A stretch of 64,000 nucleotides of DNA from Octopus vulgaris (lineage: Eukaryota). The notes beneath the pieces are model-generated. The model was not told the origin of the DNA, ran no database searches, and was given only the letters and a program-made list of their open reading frames with translations. The stretch spans positions 106,392,001-106,456,000 of the forward strand of contig OX597819.1 of assembly GCA_951406725.2 (NCBI GenBank), in the 5' to 3' direction. Positions 12,691 to 24,867 of this stretch are shown here, in pieces. How positions within the stretch are numbered: the first letter of the stretch is position 1; every line of letters begins with the position of its first letter. Both the position numbers and the translations under genes were made by a program.

Positions 12691-13419
12691 CAGGGACGAA
12701 TTCGAGCGATTAATATAGTATAGACCATTCTGCCGGAATATAGAGAATCAAAAGCATAATTAAATATAAAATCGTCCGACAATGTTTTCAGCGGAAGATT
12801 AATTGGGAAAGGAATCTTCAACATAATGGTATCAATATGCGTTTTATAGATCAATGCTAACTTCGTATTGGAAGAATACATATTTAATTTACTGCAACAA
12901 CTAATATTTTATATACAATATCCTCAGAGAATTGCAGTTGCATCATTAGTCTGATGTTAGGTTATATGTAGGCATGTATAATCGATCTTAATTTTTCAAT
13001 CGATGAAAATCAAAGTTATGAGAGAAATATTGGTCACTGAAGCCAAACACAGAGACGCTATGCGATCGATCGAATTCCTCAAAGGAGTAACCAAATTACC
13101 CCCAGATTATAACGAACTGTATTAAAAGAAACAAAACATTAGGGATTTGAGTTTATATATATATATATATATACACACACACAAACATATGCATGTACAT
13201 ATATGTTTGCATATATGCGTACATACATACACGTACTCATACATGAAGTGACACACATGCACACACGCATACATGCATCTATCTATCTATCTACCTATCT
13301 ATCTATCTATCTATATATATATATATATAGATATATATAAATATGTATATATACATATATATATATATATGTACTTATATATGTATATATACACATATAT
13401 ACATACATATATATATATA

Positions 13420-13465
<46 letters not shown>

Positions 13466-13683
13466 CACCATCATTATTTGCTGCAATGTTACATGAATGA
13501 CTCAACCAGCGATTCATCCAGAACATTTACCATATTTGATATTCGCCGTGGCTGGAAATTTACGCAAGCGAGTAACTTATATAATAATATACAAGGAATG
13601 GACATAAACTCTGCGGCGTATTACTCGTTTATTATTGCACTTGAACATCCAAGCCTGCATGTATGTATGTACGTATGTATGCG

Positions 13684-13763
<80 letters not shown>

Positions 13764-13779
13764 TATATATAAATATATA

Positions 13780-13972
13780 AAGGCAAAGTTTACGAAAATA
13801 AACAAAAGACGAAGGCAGGTGGTGTACAAACAAACAAATGTATTAGTATACCGCTCAGGAATAGAATAAGTCTTTTACGTTTCGAGCCTACGCTCTTCCA
13901 CAAAAATACACAGAAATAAACGAGAGAAACAAGGACAGAAAAACAATGCGTGTAGAAGCTAACGATCTATCA
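13780..13972 (-). mobile_element. Short PLE terminal-repeat-like fragment with degenerate HHR (13872-13906)
   Basis: Minus strand reads TTT-TTGTGGAA-GAGC(gtag)GCTC-GAAA-CGTA-AAA: stem II, GAAA and ACGT stem III intact, CUGANGA core decayed. Abuts (TA)n. Confidence 0.55.
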
Positions 13973-13973
13973 G

Positions 13974-14115
13974 GAATGGCTGTGTGGTAAGAAGCTTGCT
14001 TCCGAACCACGTGGTTCCGGGTTCACTTCCTCTGCGTGACACTTTGGGCAAGTGTCTTTAACTATAGCTTCGGGCCGACCAAATCCTTATCAGTGGAAAC
14101 TGAAAGAAACACGTC
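13974..14115 (+). mobile_element. CORE-type SINE, tRNA head plus core
   Basis: TGGCTGTGTGGTAAG (A box), GGTTCACTTCC (B-box-like), then GTGACACTTTGGGCAAGTGTCTT. Confidence 0.85.
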
Positions 14116-14122
14116 CTATATA

Positions 14123-14230
<108 letters not shown>

Positions 14231-14541
14231 CACATACGTATGTGTGTGTATGTGCGTCTTCTCGCTCTGCACAGAGATACACGTGTGCGAGTGAGTGTGC
14301 AAGGTGATTCGGATATCCTTTAACGTTTAGAAAAGTGGTTAACAAATATCACCATAAGTATCATCAGAACATCTTAATGTACATCCTTCATGCCCTCTTT
14401 ATACCCTCCATCACATATCGCATCTCCTCGCCATAATCTCCCACCACGTCTTCACTGCTACTCCAATCACTCGTATATCGCACAGCTCCGTAACTCGACT
14501 TAATTAATCTATTGCCCGACACTTCGTACTGTCAGACGTCC

Positions 14542-15253
14542 AAACTACCTCAGTGATGAGAGCTAGTCGTGTTCATACATTAAAATAGGGTTACTATTAC
14601 ATTGTGTTACTTTTAGGACAATAAATATTCTCTCAGCTTTGTTTAAACCAAATGAAACGAAACATATATTTACATACATATGTACATACATACATACACA
14701 CATACATACATGCGTACGTATGTGTGCATACATACATGCGTACGTATGTGTGTGTCTGCGTGTGTCTGTGTGTGCCTATGTGTGCCTCTTTTAATAGTAT
14801 AAAAATATAGAGGGTAAAATCTTAGCAAATTAGAGAAAGAAAATAGAATGCTAATTCTGAATCGACCTGAATGCACACGCAGGCACAGACCAAAATAAAT
14901 AGGCACGAATAGACATACAAACACTTATGAAGACACAACAAAAACACACACACAGATACCCATGTTTATTTCAATGTCATCCCTGACTTACGGAACGATT
15001 ACCTGTGTGTGTTTTTGTTGTGTATGTGTGTGCGTGTGTGTGTGTGTGTTATTGTTGTGTAACAAACACACACATACGTACGCATGTATGTATGTATGTG
15101 TGTTTGTATGTACATATGTATGTAAATATATATGGCGTTTCATTTGGTTTAAACAAAACTGAGAGAATATTTATTGTCCTAAAAGTAACACAATGTAATA
15201 GTAACCCTATTTTAATGTATGAACACGACTAGCTCTCATAACTGAGGTAGTTT
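14542..15253. repeat. ~710-bp fold-back / MITE-like element with ~190-200-bp inverted arms
   Basis: AAACTACCTCAGTGATGAGAGCTAGTCGTGTTCATACATTAAAATAGGG... (14542) pairs with ...CCCTATTTTAATGTATGAACACGACTAGCTCTCATAACTGAGGTAGTTT (ends 15253). No TSD seen. Confidence 0.85.
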
Positions 15254-15664
15254 TTCCGCGTGGAAACCGTAAAAAAAAAATTGATGTCCTGCAAAAGCGG
15301 AACGAATACGAACATGTTTTAAAAGTCAAAAAATATCGTTAATATTTTTATTGGGAGACGAAATTCATCGATTTAAGAGATATAGCTGTTATTTCTAGCA
15401 CTTACAGAAGACAGAAGTGATGGATGAATAACACGTGTGCGTGTGTATGTGTGTGCTGTTTACTGAGACGCAGCAAATGAATTTAGGTCAAATGCTGGGA
15501 TTTCATTGGTTAAAATTCGAAGAATTAAACTACGTAAAAGTTACAAAATACAATTTTCTCAAAAAAATTAGTTGAAATTAATGTTTTCTTTTGACACATT
15601 CTACCAGTATACGAAGTTTCAAATTGTTTACTAGAAAATTCTGCCCATCTTTTAGAAAAAATCC

Positions 15665-15732
<68 letters not shown>

Positions 15733-15743
15733 TATATCTATAT

Positions 15744-15775
<32 letters not shown>

Positions 15776-15830
15776 ATATATATATATATAAACAAAAGAG
15801 GGGGTTGTTTCCACGTAGGAAAAGATATAG

Positions 15831-17775
15831 GAAAACGTGTCGTTGAAAATGCATCTAAATTTAAAAAACACGTAAATGTTTAAAATACATTTATTTACAT
15901 ATACACAAAACTACTTTCAACAATATTTTTTTGTTTATCAATGGTAAAAGTTTAAAATTATAAGGTTTCAACGTTGACAAACTAAAATATTTGATTGTTG
16001 ACAAATTAAAATGTTTCAATTTTGATAACTTAACATATTCAAAACAGGATGTGTAAGTTTGAATGTTCACAGCAGTCAATGAAATAAATACTGTATATAA
16101 TTTTTCTTGAATGTACAAAGTTTATTAATTTTAGTCATACTTAAAATAACAAGTGTGAAATGAAAATACTAAAGACAAAAGGGTATTTGGTTTACATTTT
16201 CTCTGATCCTCTTCTAGTAGACGCTTTCGCTCGTAGTGGTATGTTTTGGGATCAGATGAATTTATAATTTTTTTTCTGTGAGCGGATTTCATTTTTGATT
16301 ACTTAAAATACTGGCGACGTTTTTTTTCCGTGTCAAACTTGTCGTTCTGCTTGGTTGGTTTACTTCTCGATACGGTCATAAGTCGTTCCGGTTGGTTGGT
16401 TCTCTTAAAGGGTCATTTCGTTGTATTCGCTGAAGTTCGGTTTTGATTGGTCTGGAGTTTAGGTGACTTCAGCGTCTATTAGAAGAGGATCAGAGAAACT
16501 GTAAACCAAATTCCCCTTTTTTCTTGCTATTTTCATTTCACTATTTTTTTTTTTCCGTATGATTTGCCCACGACCACTAAAATCAAAGAATTTTATACAT
16601 TCAAAACATTCATATACACTTTTAATTTTATTGACTGCTATGAACATTCAAATTTAAACCTTCTGTTTTGAACATGTTAATGTATCAACATTGAGACATT
16701 TTAATTTGTCAACATTGAAACTTTTAAAGATGTTTTTCTAATTTTAAACTTTTACCATTGATAAACAAAACATATTGTTGAAACTAGTTTGGTATATATG
16801 TAAATTAATGTATTTTATACATTTACGAGTTTTTGATATTTAGGTATATTCTCAACGACACATTTTCCTACCTTTTTTCCTGAATATCCTTTAGAAAGAC
16901 GAGAAAGCAGTAAAAAGAAAAGACAAAATACTCAATTTCAACACAAAAAGAAAAAAACACCAACCAAGAACAACAAAAACAATTTTAAAAATCACTTTAG
17001 TAACAATCTTCCACCCGGGTTCCGAAACCGCAACTCCAAATCACCATACAAACACCAGTGGCCGAAATTACAAACCTCCATTCCAATGAAACTCTACAAA
17101 CACTAGTTGCTGATGTCACCTAACTCCAGACCAATCAAAACCGAACTTCAGCGATTACAAAGAAATAACGCTTTAAGAGAACCAACCAACCGGAACGAAT
17201 TATGACCGTATCGAGAAGTAAACCAACCAAGCAGAACGACAAGTCTGACAGGGAAAAAAAAACGTCACCAGTATTTTAACTAATCAAAAATCAGATGCGC
17301 ACGCAGGATTATAAATTATAAAAATTATAACTTCATCTGATCCGAAAGTGAAAGCGTCTATTAGAAGTGGTTCAGAGAAACTGTAAATCAAATTCCCTTT
17401 TTTTCACTACTTTCATGTCACATTTGTTTTTTGCAGCATGACTTCTCGACCACCACTAAAATTAATGAACTTTGTACATTCGAATAAAATAATATACAGT
17501 TTTAATTTTATTGACTGCTATGAACATTTAAACTTACATCTTCTGTTTTGAACATGTTAATTTATCAACATTGAAACATTGAAACATTTTAGTTTGTCAA
17601 CATTGAAACCTTTTAATTTGTCAACACCAAAACTTTTAATGATGGTTTTTCTAATTTTAAACTTTTACCATTGATAAGCCCAAAAATATTGTTGAAACTA
17701 GTTTAATATATATGTAAATTGATGCATTTTAAACATTTACGAGTTTTTGAAATTTAGGTGCATTTTCAACAACAC

Positions 17776-17776
<1 letters not shown>
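15831..17776. mobile_element. Complex inverted plus tandem repeat element (PLE-like geometry)
   Basis: 15831-16473 is the inverted copy of 17109-17776; 16471-16872 is a direct copy of 17353-17776. The unique middle (16880-17107) has YPLE and ITLVTIFHPG in different frames, resembling the PLE post-RT linker. Flanked by (TA)n. Confidence 0.7.
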
Positions 17777-17818
<42 letters not shown>

Positions 17819-17835
17819 CAGACATACACACACAC

Positions 17836-17910
<75 letters not shown>

Positions 17911-17911
17911 C

Positions 17912-17969
<58 letters not shown>

Positions 17970-18732
17970 TTAGCCGCGTATGCCTATGTGTGTGTGTGTG
18001 AGTTGCAGTGCGCGCAAGGGAAACTATATGTAGTTGTCATTTAAATATGAGAAATACGCCAAAAGATTATCAATCATTCTATCTGTCGATCCGAAATTAA
18101 ATAAATGAATCTAAATTGGATTAAATAAAAGCAGGTACTGTAAATTGAAGTTTGAAATACAGAATAATGCCGATATTAGATTATGAAATAAAATTACCTT
18201 CACTTAAGAAAAGGGAACACAAAGATGTAAAATGTGTGTTTGTGCGTATGATTCATGTGGTGTGTGTGTGTGTGTGTGTTTGTGTGTGTGTGGTGCATGT
18301 GTATATACATGTGTATAACTAAGCCTATACATGCATACGTACACACACACACACGCTCGCGCACACACAGGCGCACAAACACACAAACACATACACACAC
18401 ACATGTGCTATGAAATAAACTTCTAGGTGTTTACGCATGTGGAATATTCAAAATATTCCCTTTCGTTTCAAAATACAGAAATACAGGAATAAAGTGGTGA
18501 ATTACAAAATGCAGGAGAGGAATACTTTATAACTATCTAAATCCGCAAGTAAACAGGAAATACTCTACACCGATGCTAAAAACAACCTCCTCTCTTCGGA
18601 TTAACCTGTAACAAGTGCTTTTAAAAGCTGAAAACAGATAAAAGTACTTAACATAGAACAGCTTCATTCCAAAAGATTTGTGTCATTCTGCGTCTTCTTT
18701 TTAGACGTATACATGCATACACCCACACACAC

Positions 18733-18768
<36 letters not shown>

Positions 18769-18838
18769 CACACACACACACACGCTCACACACACATGCA
18801 TGCATATATCTAATTTTTAATGTCTAATTCATAATATC

Positions 18839-18892
<54 letters not shown>

Positions 18893-18897
<5 letters not shown>

Positions 18898-19717
18898 GTC
18901 CGTGTGTTTTGTATCGTCTTCTAAATGTTTTGCGTTCTTGTCCCAGTTTGTTGTATTTTTTTACATATATATATATATATATATATAGCAGCGCCCGTAC
19001 CCTTTTTAGTCTTGTATGTAAGTACATATTTTCTTTAAACTTGGTACGACTCTATAACACTGTCTCTCTCTCCCCCCTCTCCTACATTTCTCTGCCTTTC
19101 ACGCTTTGCACTTTGATCTGTCTCTTTCTCTCTCTCTTTGCTCCTCCTCTTTTGTTCCTTGTTCCCCTTTTTCCTCTCTTCATCAGTCCCTCTTTTCCTC
19201 TCTCTTCTCCTCACACGTGACTAATTGACGGACTGCTGTCCTTCGTGGTCAGCAGCCGGCTGTCCTTCGTGGTCAGCAGCCGTCGAGGCTAGACACATTT
19301 TTTTCTCTCTTTGCCCCAAGGCATTTTTCTAATGCGCCAGCTCAAAGTTCACCCGTCCTGTCGAAAAGACGCCTGTCTGTGACGTTCTGTTTTTGTTATC
19401 ATTATTATCATTATTGTTTTTACGTATTTTCGTATTCTTATTCGTGTTATCATTATTGTTTTTACGTATTTTTGTATTCTTATTCGTTCCCGTCTTTGTT
19501 TTGTATACATTCGAAGCTTTCTTCCAAGGAATCTAATGCGCTTGGCTTAGATTTTCCTTTGGGGCTGGCCAGGTCGGAGCAATCTCAAGATTAATCTGCC
19601 GAAATTGCGAGGATGATCCGGTTCTTGGCTGAAGATTGAAGGCTTCGAATGTCCCGTCCGTGTGTTTTGTATCGACTTCTAAATGTTTTGCGTTCTTGTC
19701 CCAGTTTGTATTTTTTT

Positions 19718-19730
<13 letters not shown>
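18893..19730 (+). mobile_element. ~840-bp non-coding element bounded by ~75-bp direct repeats, inside (TA)n
   Basis: TCCCGTCCGTGTGTTTTGTATCG-CTTCTAAATGTTTTGCGTTCTTGTCCCAGTTTG occurs at 18893 and 19652. Internal tandem duplications: CTGTCCTTCGTGGTCAGCAGCCG x2 and TATCATTATTGTTTTTACGTATTTT-GTATTCTTATTCG x2. Confidence 0.7.
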
Positions 19731-19751
<21 letters not shown>

Positions 19752-19754
<3 letters not shown>

Positions 19755-19860
19755 GATTTCGCCGAATGTCCTCCCTCAAACGCTTAAAAAAGTTGCAGTA
19801 GATCTCTAGATTGACGGTCTGGCCCTGGGGATGAATTCTCGATTCACTATACAGCGGATG
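19752..19860 (-). pseudogene. Mariner transposase fragment
   Basis: IVNREFIP/QGQTVNLEIYCNFFKRLREDIRRNR matches the mariner G.VH.EF.P.GQTVN...Y...L.RLRE motif. Confidence 0.75.
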
Positions 19861-19925
<65 letters not shown>

Positions 19926-19950
19926 CATAACAACAACAACAATAATAATG

Positions 19951-20006
<56 letters not shown>

Positions 20007-20094
20007 TAATGATAATAATAATAATAAAAATAATAATAACAACATCGAAAAAATATCTTAGGAATAAAAACCTAAGTTCGAAATTCCCCTTAGT

Positions 20095-20138
20095 ACAACT
20101 GATGAAGGCTGGAGGGTATATCAGCCGAAAAGTTGTGT
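20095..20138 (+). ncRNA. Type I minimal hammerhead in PLE-terminal-like repeat (~20040-20215)
   Basis: ACAA-CTGATGAA-GGCTG(gagggtatat)CAGCC-GAAA-AGTT-GTGT: intact core and perfect 5-bp stem II, single mismatches in stems I and III. Confidence 0.8.
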
Positions 20139-20573
20139 TAACAACGAACAAGATGAGGATAAATATCGTCAAATGTGAATAATGTAAATAATGTACATAA
20201 TGCCTCACCACTTAAATTTGGAACAAGATTTATCAGCTTATTACTATGCGGACGTTATGCTATATTACTATCAATACAAGTACGCCAATGTGTACGTGAG
20301 GATTTATATAGGCATGCACATATATGTATTTGTATTCATGCCTATATATATATAACAAGAATGAGCTAAAAGAAAAATGAGGTGAGGAGTTGTCAGTGGC
20401 ATATGTATTTGAAGAGCATAGGAGGATATCAGTATGTCAAATACCTTACAGTATTAACTCTTGATTAATTCGCATCTGGCAAATGGCAATTATGACTAGC
20501 TCTACTTGACAGAGGAAAAATAATCTCAATATTTCTCTAACATTGACGTCATTAGAATCATAAAAGGAGGGAG

Positions 20574-20606
20574 TTAAACTTTTCGAGCATAGCTCTTCGG
20601 CTATAA
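20574..20606 (-). ncRNA. Degenerate minimal hammerhead relic
   Basis: Minus strand TTA-TAGCCGAA-GAGC(tat)GCTC-GAAA-AGTT-TAA; same GAGC/GCTC stem II type as 13872, core decayed. Confidence 0.45.
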
Positions 20607-23439
20607 GGCGATAGGGTAAAGTCCAAAGAAGGAAAAGAAGGAATCACTAACGGCCCACGTTTAGTTAATTTGCTGAAGTGGTAATGAGGATATATATATA
20701 TATATATGTGTGTGTGTGTATATGTATACACACCCACATACATATGCACATAGATGCATACATCTATATATCACTTTAAACGCTGTGCCCATATGAGATT
20801 TTCAGTAGGCCATGAGATTAATCGAGATTAATAACAAAAAACGGGATAGTTATGAAATGTGACTGTCGGTAAAAAGGATAAACCGGAAATAATATATTGG
20901 AAACTAAACAGGAGTAATTGAGATGTAAACTGGATCTGTTGAGTATAACAGAGATCATCGACTAAATCTAAAACAATATTAAAAAAATGATTTTAACATG
21001 CATAAGTATGGGAGTCTATCTAAAATTCCGATAGATGTAAATACATAGGTGAAGCTGTATTCATGAATACTAATATATATATGTATATATATATATATAC
21101 AGAGATAGATAGATAGAAAGAGGTAAAGAGAGAGAGAGAGAGAGGGGAGAGGGAGAGAAAGAAAGAGAGAGAGAAGCAGTGTCTAGGAATGTCCGTTACT
21201 TATTTAGAATGCCGTATTGTCAAACCAGACCACCAAACGGTTTTATTTATGGATGACAGCCTAGCAGAATACAAACCTATATTGATGAATGGGATAAACA
21301 ATCTGAAGCGAAGTTGATTAATCTGTCATATAGCACTGCTTCTCCTTCATCTATTTTGCACCCTTTCTTCTTATATTTAACTTGAAGGAATATAATTGAT
21401 AGCCCCTCGATTAATTCGGAAAGATATGAGCGTACGTATCACCGAAGTCATAAAACCAATTAGCATGCTACTTTTTGTGATGCTTAGAGTTGATGCCGCC
21501 GTGTAGTGTGAAGGAATAATTGCACTCTGCTTAGAAATAAAGGTGTAATTTTCTGGATGGTAACGACGACATGATGCATGAATAGCTACAATTGAAACTG
21601 ACGAATTGTTAAGAATTATAAAATAAGCATACTATCTTCATTCTTCGAAAATACGAAAAGTAATGACATCATTGTTTTAAGCAATCTTTTACTTCATTAA
21701 ATAATTTTTCAATTCAGAAAATATCCAGGTCACTTATATAAAATTTAAAAAATTACATTTAGATCTCTCTCAATTGTTTAATGTGGTTACTTCCATTGAC
21801 TGTTCGATCTGTTTGACGAACGGCAATCCATTTCGTCAAATCCCAAACTCTATTTCTGGAAATCATTTCAAAATCGTTTTATGCGTTGATAAAATGATGG
21901 TAAAACATTATCGATCCATATGGATAAAAAGAAAAACCTAATGATGACTTTGAAAGCCTCTCCCCTTTATTATGGGCCGAGGATTCAGCTGAGACCAGTG
22001 ACGATGTTGGTTAGTTCATCCTGCATAACTTTAATGGCCGTTTCCCTTTCCTTAGTGGTGGTCTTTAGATACAGGAAAGTTTTCTGACTCAACGTGCTAC
22101 TGACTAATTCAGAAACAAAAGAGTGACAAAACTAAAGACAGTATGGTTTTCAAGATAGCTCATGAAGCTCACCTTACGAAATTGCATAATCTTGATATTA
22201 GACATGCGCATCCTTTTCCTTTCTTAACGCAAGCCAAAACATTCTCTTATTACTTAATAACGATTCTAACCTGTGTGATTTAAGAATTATATTCTGATTC
22301 TAAATATCTCCCTTAGGCTATTCTAGCATTCAGCTAATAGACAAATATTCTGTTATACATCCACATTCTATATTTTCGCGTTAGCCTGAACTGGATAAAT
22401 CCGTTTATGTTACCACATTAAGCAGACATACCAATAGAAAGAAAAACAGGCTAAGAATATCGAGTGATTTCACACCACTCGATACAAGTATGAATATCCC
22501 ATGAGTTTAACATATATTTAAATTAATGTAAAAGCATTTTCAATCCCAATATAAATGCAAATGCTTCACCAAAATCTATGTTGATTTATTTTATTTCACC
22601 ACATTTAGATTCTAACAACTCTAAGTTTAATAAACACATGCACAATAAGCATTCGATTTCAAAAAATAAAAAAATCAATATCTAAGCACAAAAAAGAGAC
22701 TGTGATCCTAAAGGTTTTCTATATACAGACATAGTGAATATAAAGCTTTGATACGATGATTTTAAAAGCTTTCATACGATGGCTTTAAATTATAGGAAAG
22801 ATATTAAATATATATTCCTGCACGCATTCCTTTCGTAACCATAACAAAATCAAACATAGGGGATTAGCTTTAGATGTTTTATTCCTTGTAAAACAAAGAT
22901 GAACATCCATTGAATTGATATATATTTTATTGCACAAATAATAGTTAGCGAAAAACATTGCCATTCAATCCAATATATCATTGAAAATTGTCATATACAC
23001 CTTATAAAATTCGATACGCAATGGCCAGTCCGAAATAATTAGAATTCACATTAAAAATGAATCAATAGTTACAGATATTGTCAACTGGCCATATGATGAC
23101 ATTATTCAGGAAGTTCCACCAAACGCAGGTAACGATTTATATGGTAATTCATATGATATTTTCCAATTAAACTATCCGTCTACATCCTTCCTTTACATTT
23201 CTGACATTGTTCTTCAGTTTTACACTCTCTCACTTTGTATATGTGTGTGTGAGTATGTATGTATGTATGTATGTATGTATGTATGTATGTATGTATGTAT
23301 GTATGTATGTATGTATGTATGTATGTGTATGCATGTATGTATGCATGTAAGTACGTATGTACGTATGTATATATATATATATATGTATATGTATATATAT
23401 ATATGTGTGTGTGTGTGTGTATGTATTTATTGATGGATG

Positions 23440-23475
<36 letters not shown>

Positions 23476-23479
<4 letters not shown>

Positions 23480-24096
23480 AAAATGTAAAAGAGTCAAAAG
23501 GAAGAGTAAGTACGCTTAGGCAGCTTTTTAATCGCTACAAATGTTTCGATACATACAGGTCCTCGTATATACAGGATTTATAGTTAAGTTTAAATTAAAT
23601 CATGTAACGATTTACTTGTAGAAGCAGATCTGTATGTATCTCCTCAAGCGATAATCAATTGCTGCCTCCGTAAGTAAATCTAGCATGGAAATCTTTGATT
23701 TACTTACGACGACAGGTAAGGAGATACATACAGATCTTCTTATACACGTAAATGGTTACATAATTTAATTTCAACTTAACTATAAATCCTGTATATACGA
23801 GGATCTGTATGTATGGAAACATTTGTAGCAATTAAAAAGCTGCCCTAACCTTACTTACTCTTCCTTTTGATACTTTTACATTTTACATTATATTTTCACA
23901 CACGAGGAATACCTAATTGGTAGCATACAATATAAATTCTACCGGCTATTTGGGAATTCTAAGGGTGAACGACCTCTATTTGTACTTTTATACGTTGTTA
24001 ACAAAAGACACCTCAACTATACACACACACACACACACACACAAAAACATATATATATATATATACTTATATATATATGTGTGTGCGTATGTGTTC

Positions 24097-24147
<51 letters not shown>

Positions 24148-24290
24148 ATTGAGGTGTTTTCTGTTAAGAACTATAATAGTACAAACAGAGCTCGTTCACC
24201 CTTAGAATTCTGCAATAGCCGGTAGTATTCTTATTGTATGTTACCAATTCTAGTCTTAGGTATTCCTCGCGTGTGAAAATAAAATGTAAA
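23476..24290. mobile_element. Double fold-back HHR-bearing element (permuted inverted copies of one ~300-bp unit)
   Basis: 23476-23645 pairs with 23719-23886, and 23881-24017 pairs with 24148-24290. Both outer arms terminate in TAAAATGTAAA. Confidence 0.8.
23531..23652 (-). ncRNA. Type I hammerhead with C3U core and long stem II
   Basis: Minus strand ATCGC-TTGAGGA-GATACATACAGATC(~70 nt)GACCTGTATGTATC-GAAA-C(attt)G-TA-GCGAT: perfect 5-bp stem I, 13/14-bp stem II, GUA triplet. Confidence 0.75.
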
Positions 24291-24344
24291 CAGTATATAC
24301 GCAAACACACAACAACACGCACACACGCACACACACACACACAT

Positions 24345-24396
<52 letters not shown>

Positions 24397-24599
24397 GAGC
24401 AAAACGTTCCCAGTCCAATGGACGGTGCTGAGTTGTCAAACATTGAAACCAAATTTTCTCAAAACAACTTGTCCGACAGTCCCATAGGCCGCCCCTTTGA
24501 GAAACACTGATTTAACCTAAATTTGAGACACAGACAAAAGAAGAAATGAAGATAGACTTTTTTCTATTCCAAAGAAAAACGATTTTAGTCAATTTATCG

Positions 24600-24763
24600 A
24601 TTGCATTCTCATCTGGAATCAATTTAAAAAAATTTTTCAAGACTTATACACACCCTGATACCGTCGGCATCTACATATCAAATTTGAGCGCAATCAGATG
24701 GAGGATGCCCGAGATTCTAGAAGACATACACATGGGCAGACAGAACGGATTTTATATAATAGA
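24600..24763 (-). mobile_element. Non-autonomous Helitron-like 5' end
   Basis: Minus strand starts A^TCTATTATATAAAATCCGTTCTGTCTG...CATCTGATTGCGCTCAAATTTGATATGTAG, typical Lep1/HINE-like wording. Confidence 0.55.
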
Positions 24764-24792
24764 TTCGTGTATATATATATACATACACATAC

Positions 24793-24830
<38 letters not shown>

Positions 24831-24867
24831 ATGTTTGTATATGTATGTTTGTATATATGTATGTGTG

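Noticed and set aside
17103-17365. Possible HHR with ~240-nt stem II (CTGATGT...GAAAGCGTC)
   Set aside because: Core and stems are inconsistent between the two arms; left as a test in the finding.
21180-22250. Complex non-microsatellite block that might be coding
   Set aside because: No ORF of 60 codons or more and no motif I recognise; cannot be assigned.
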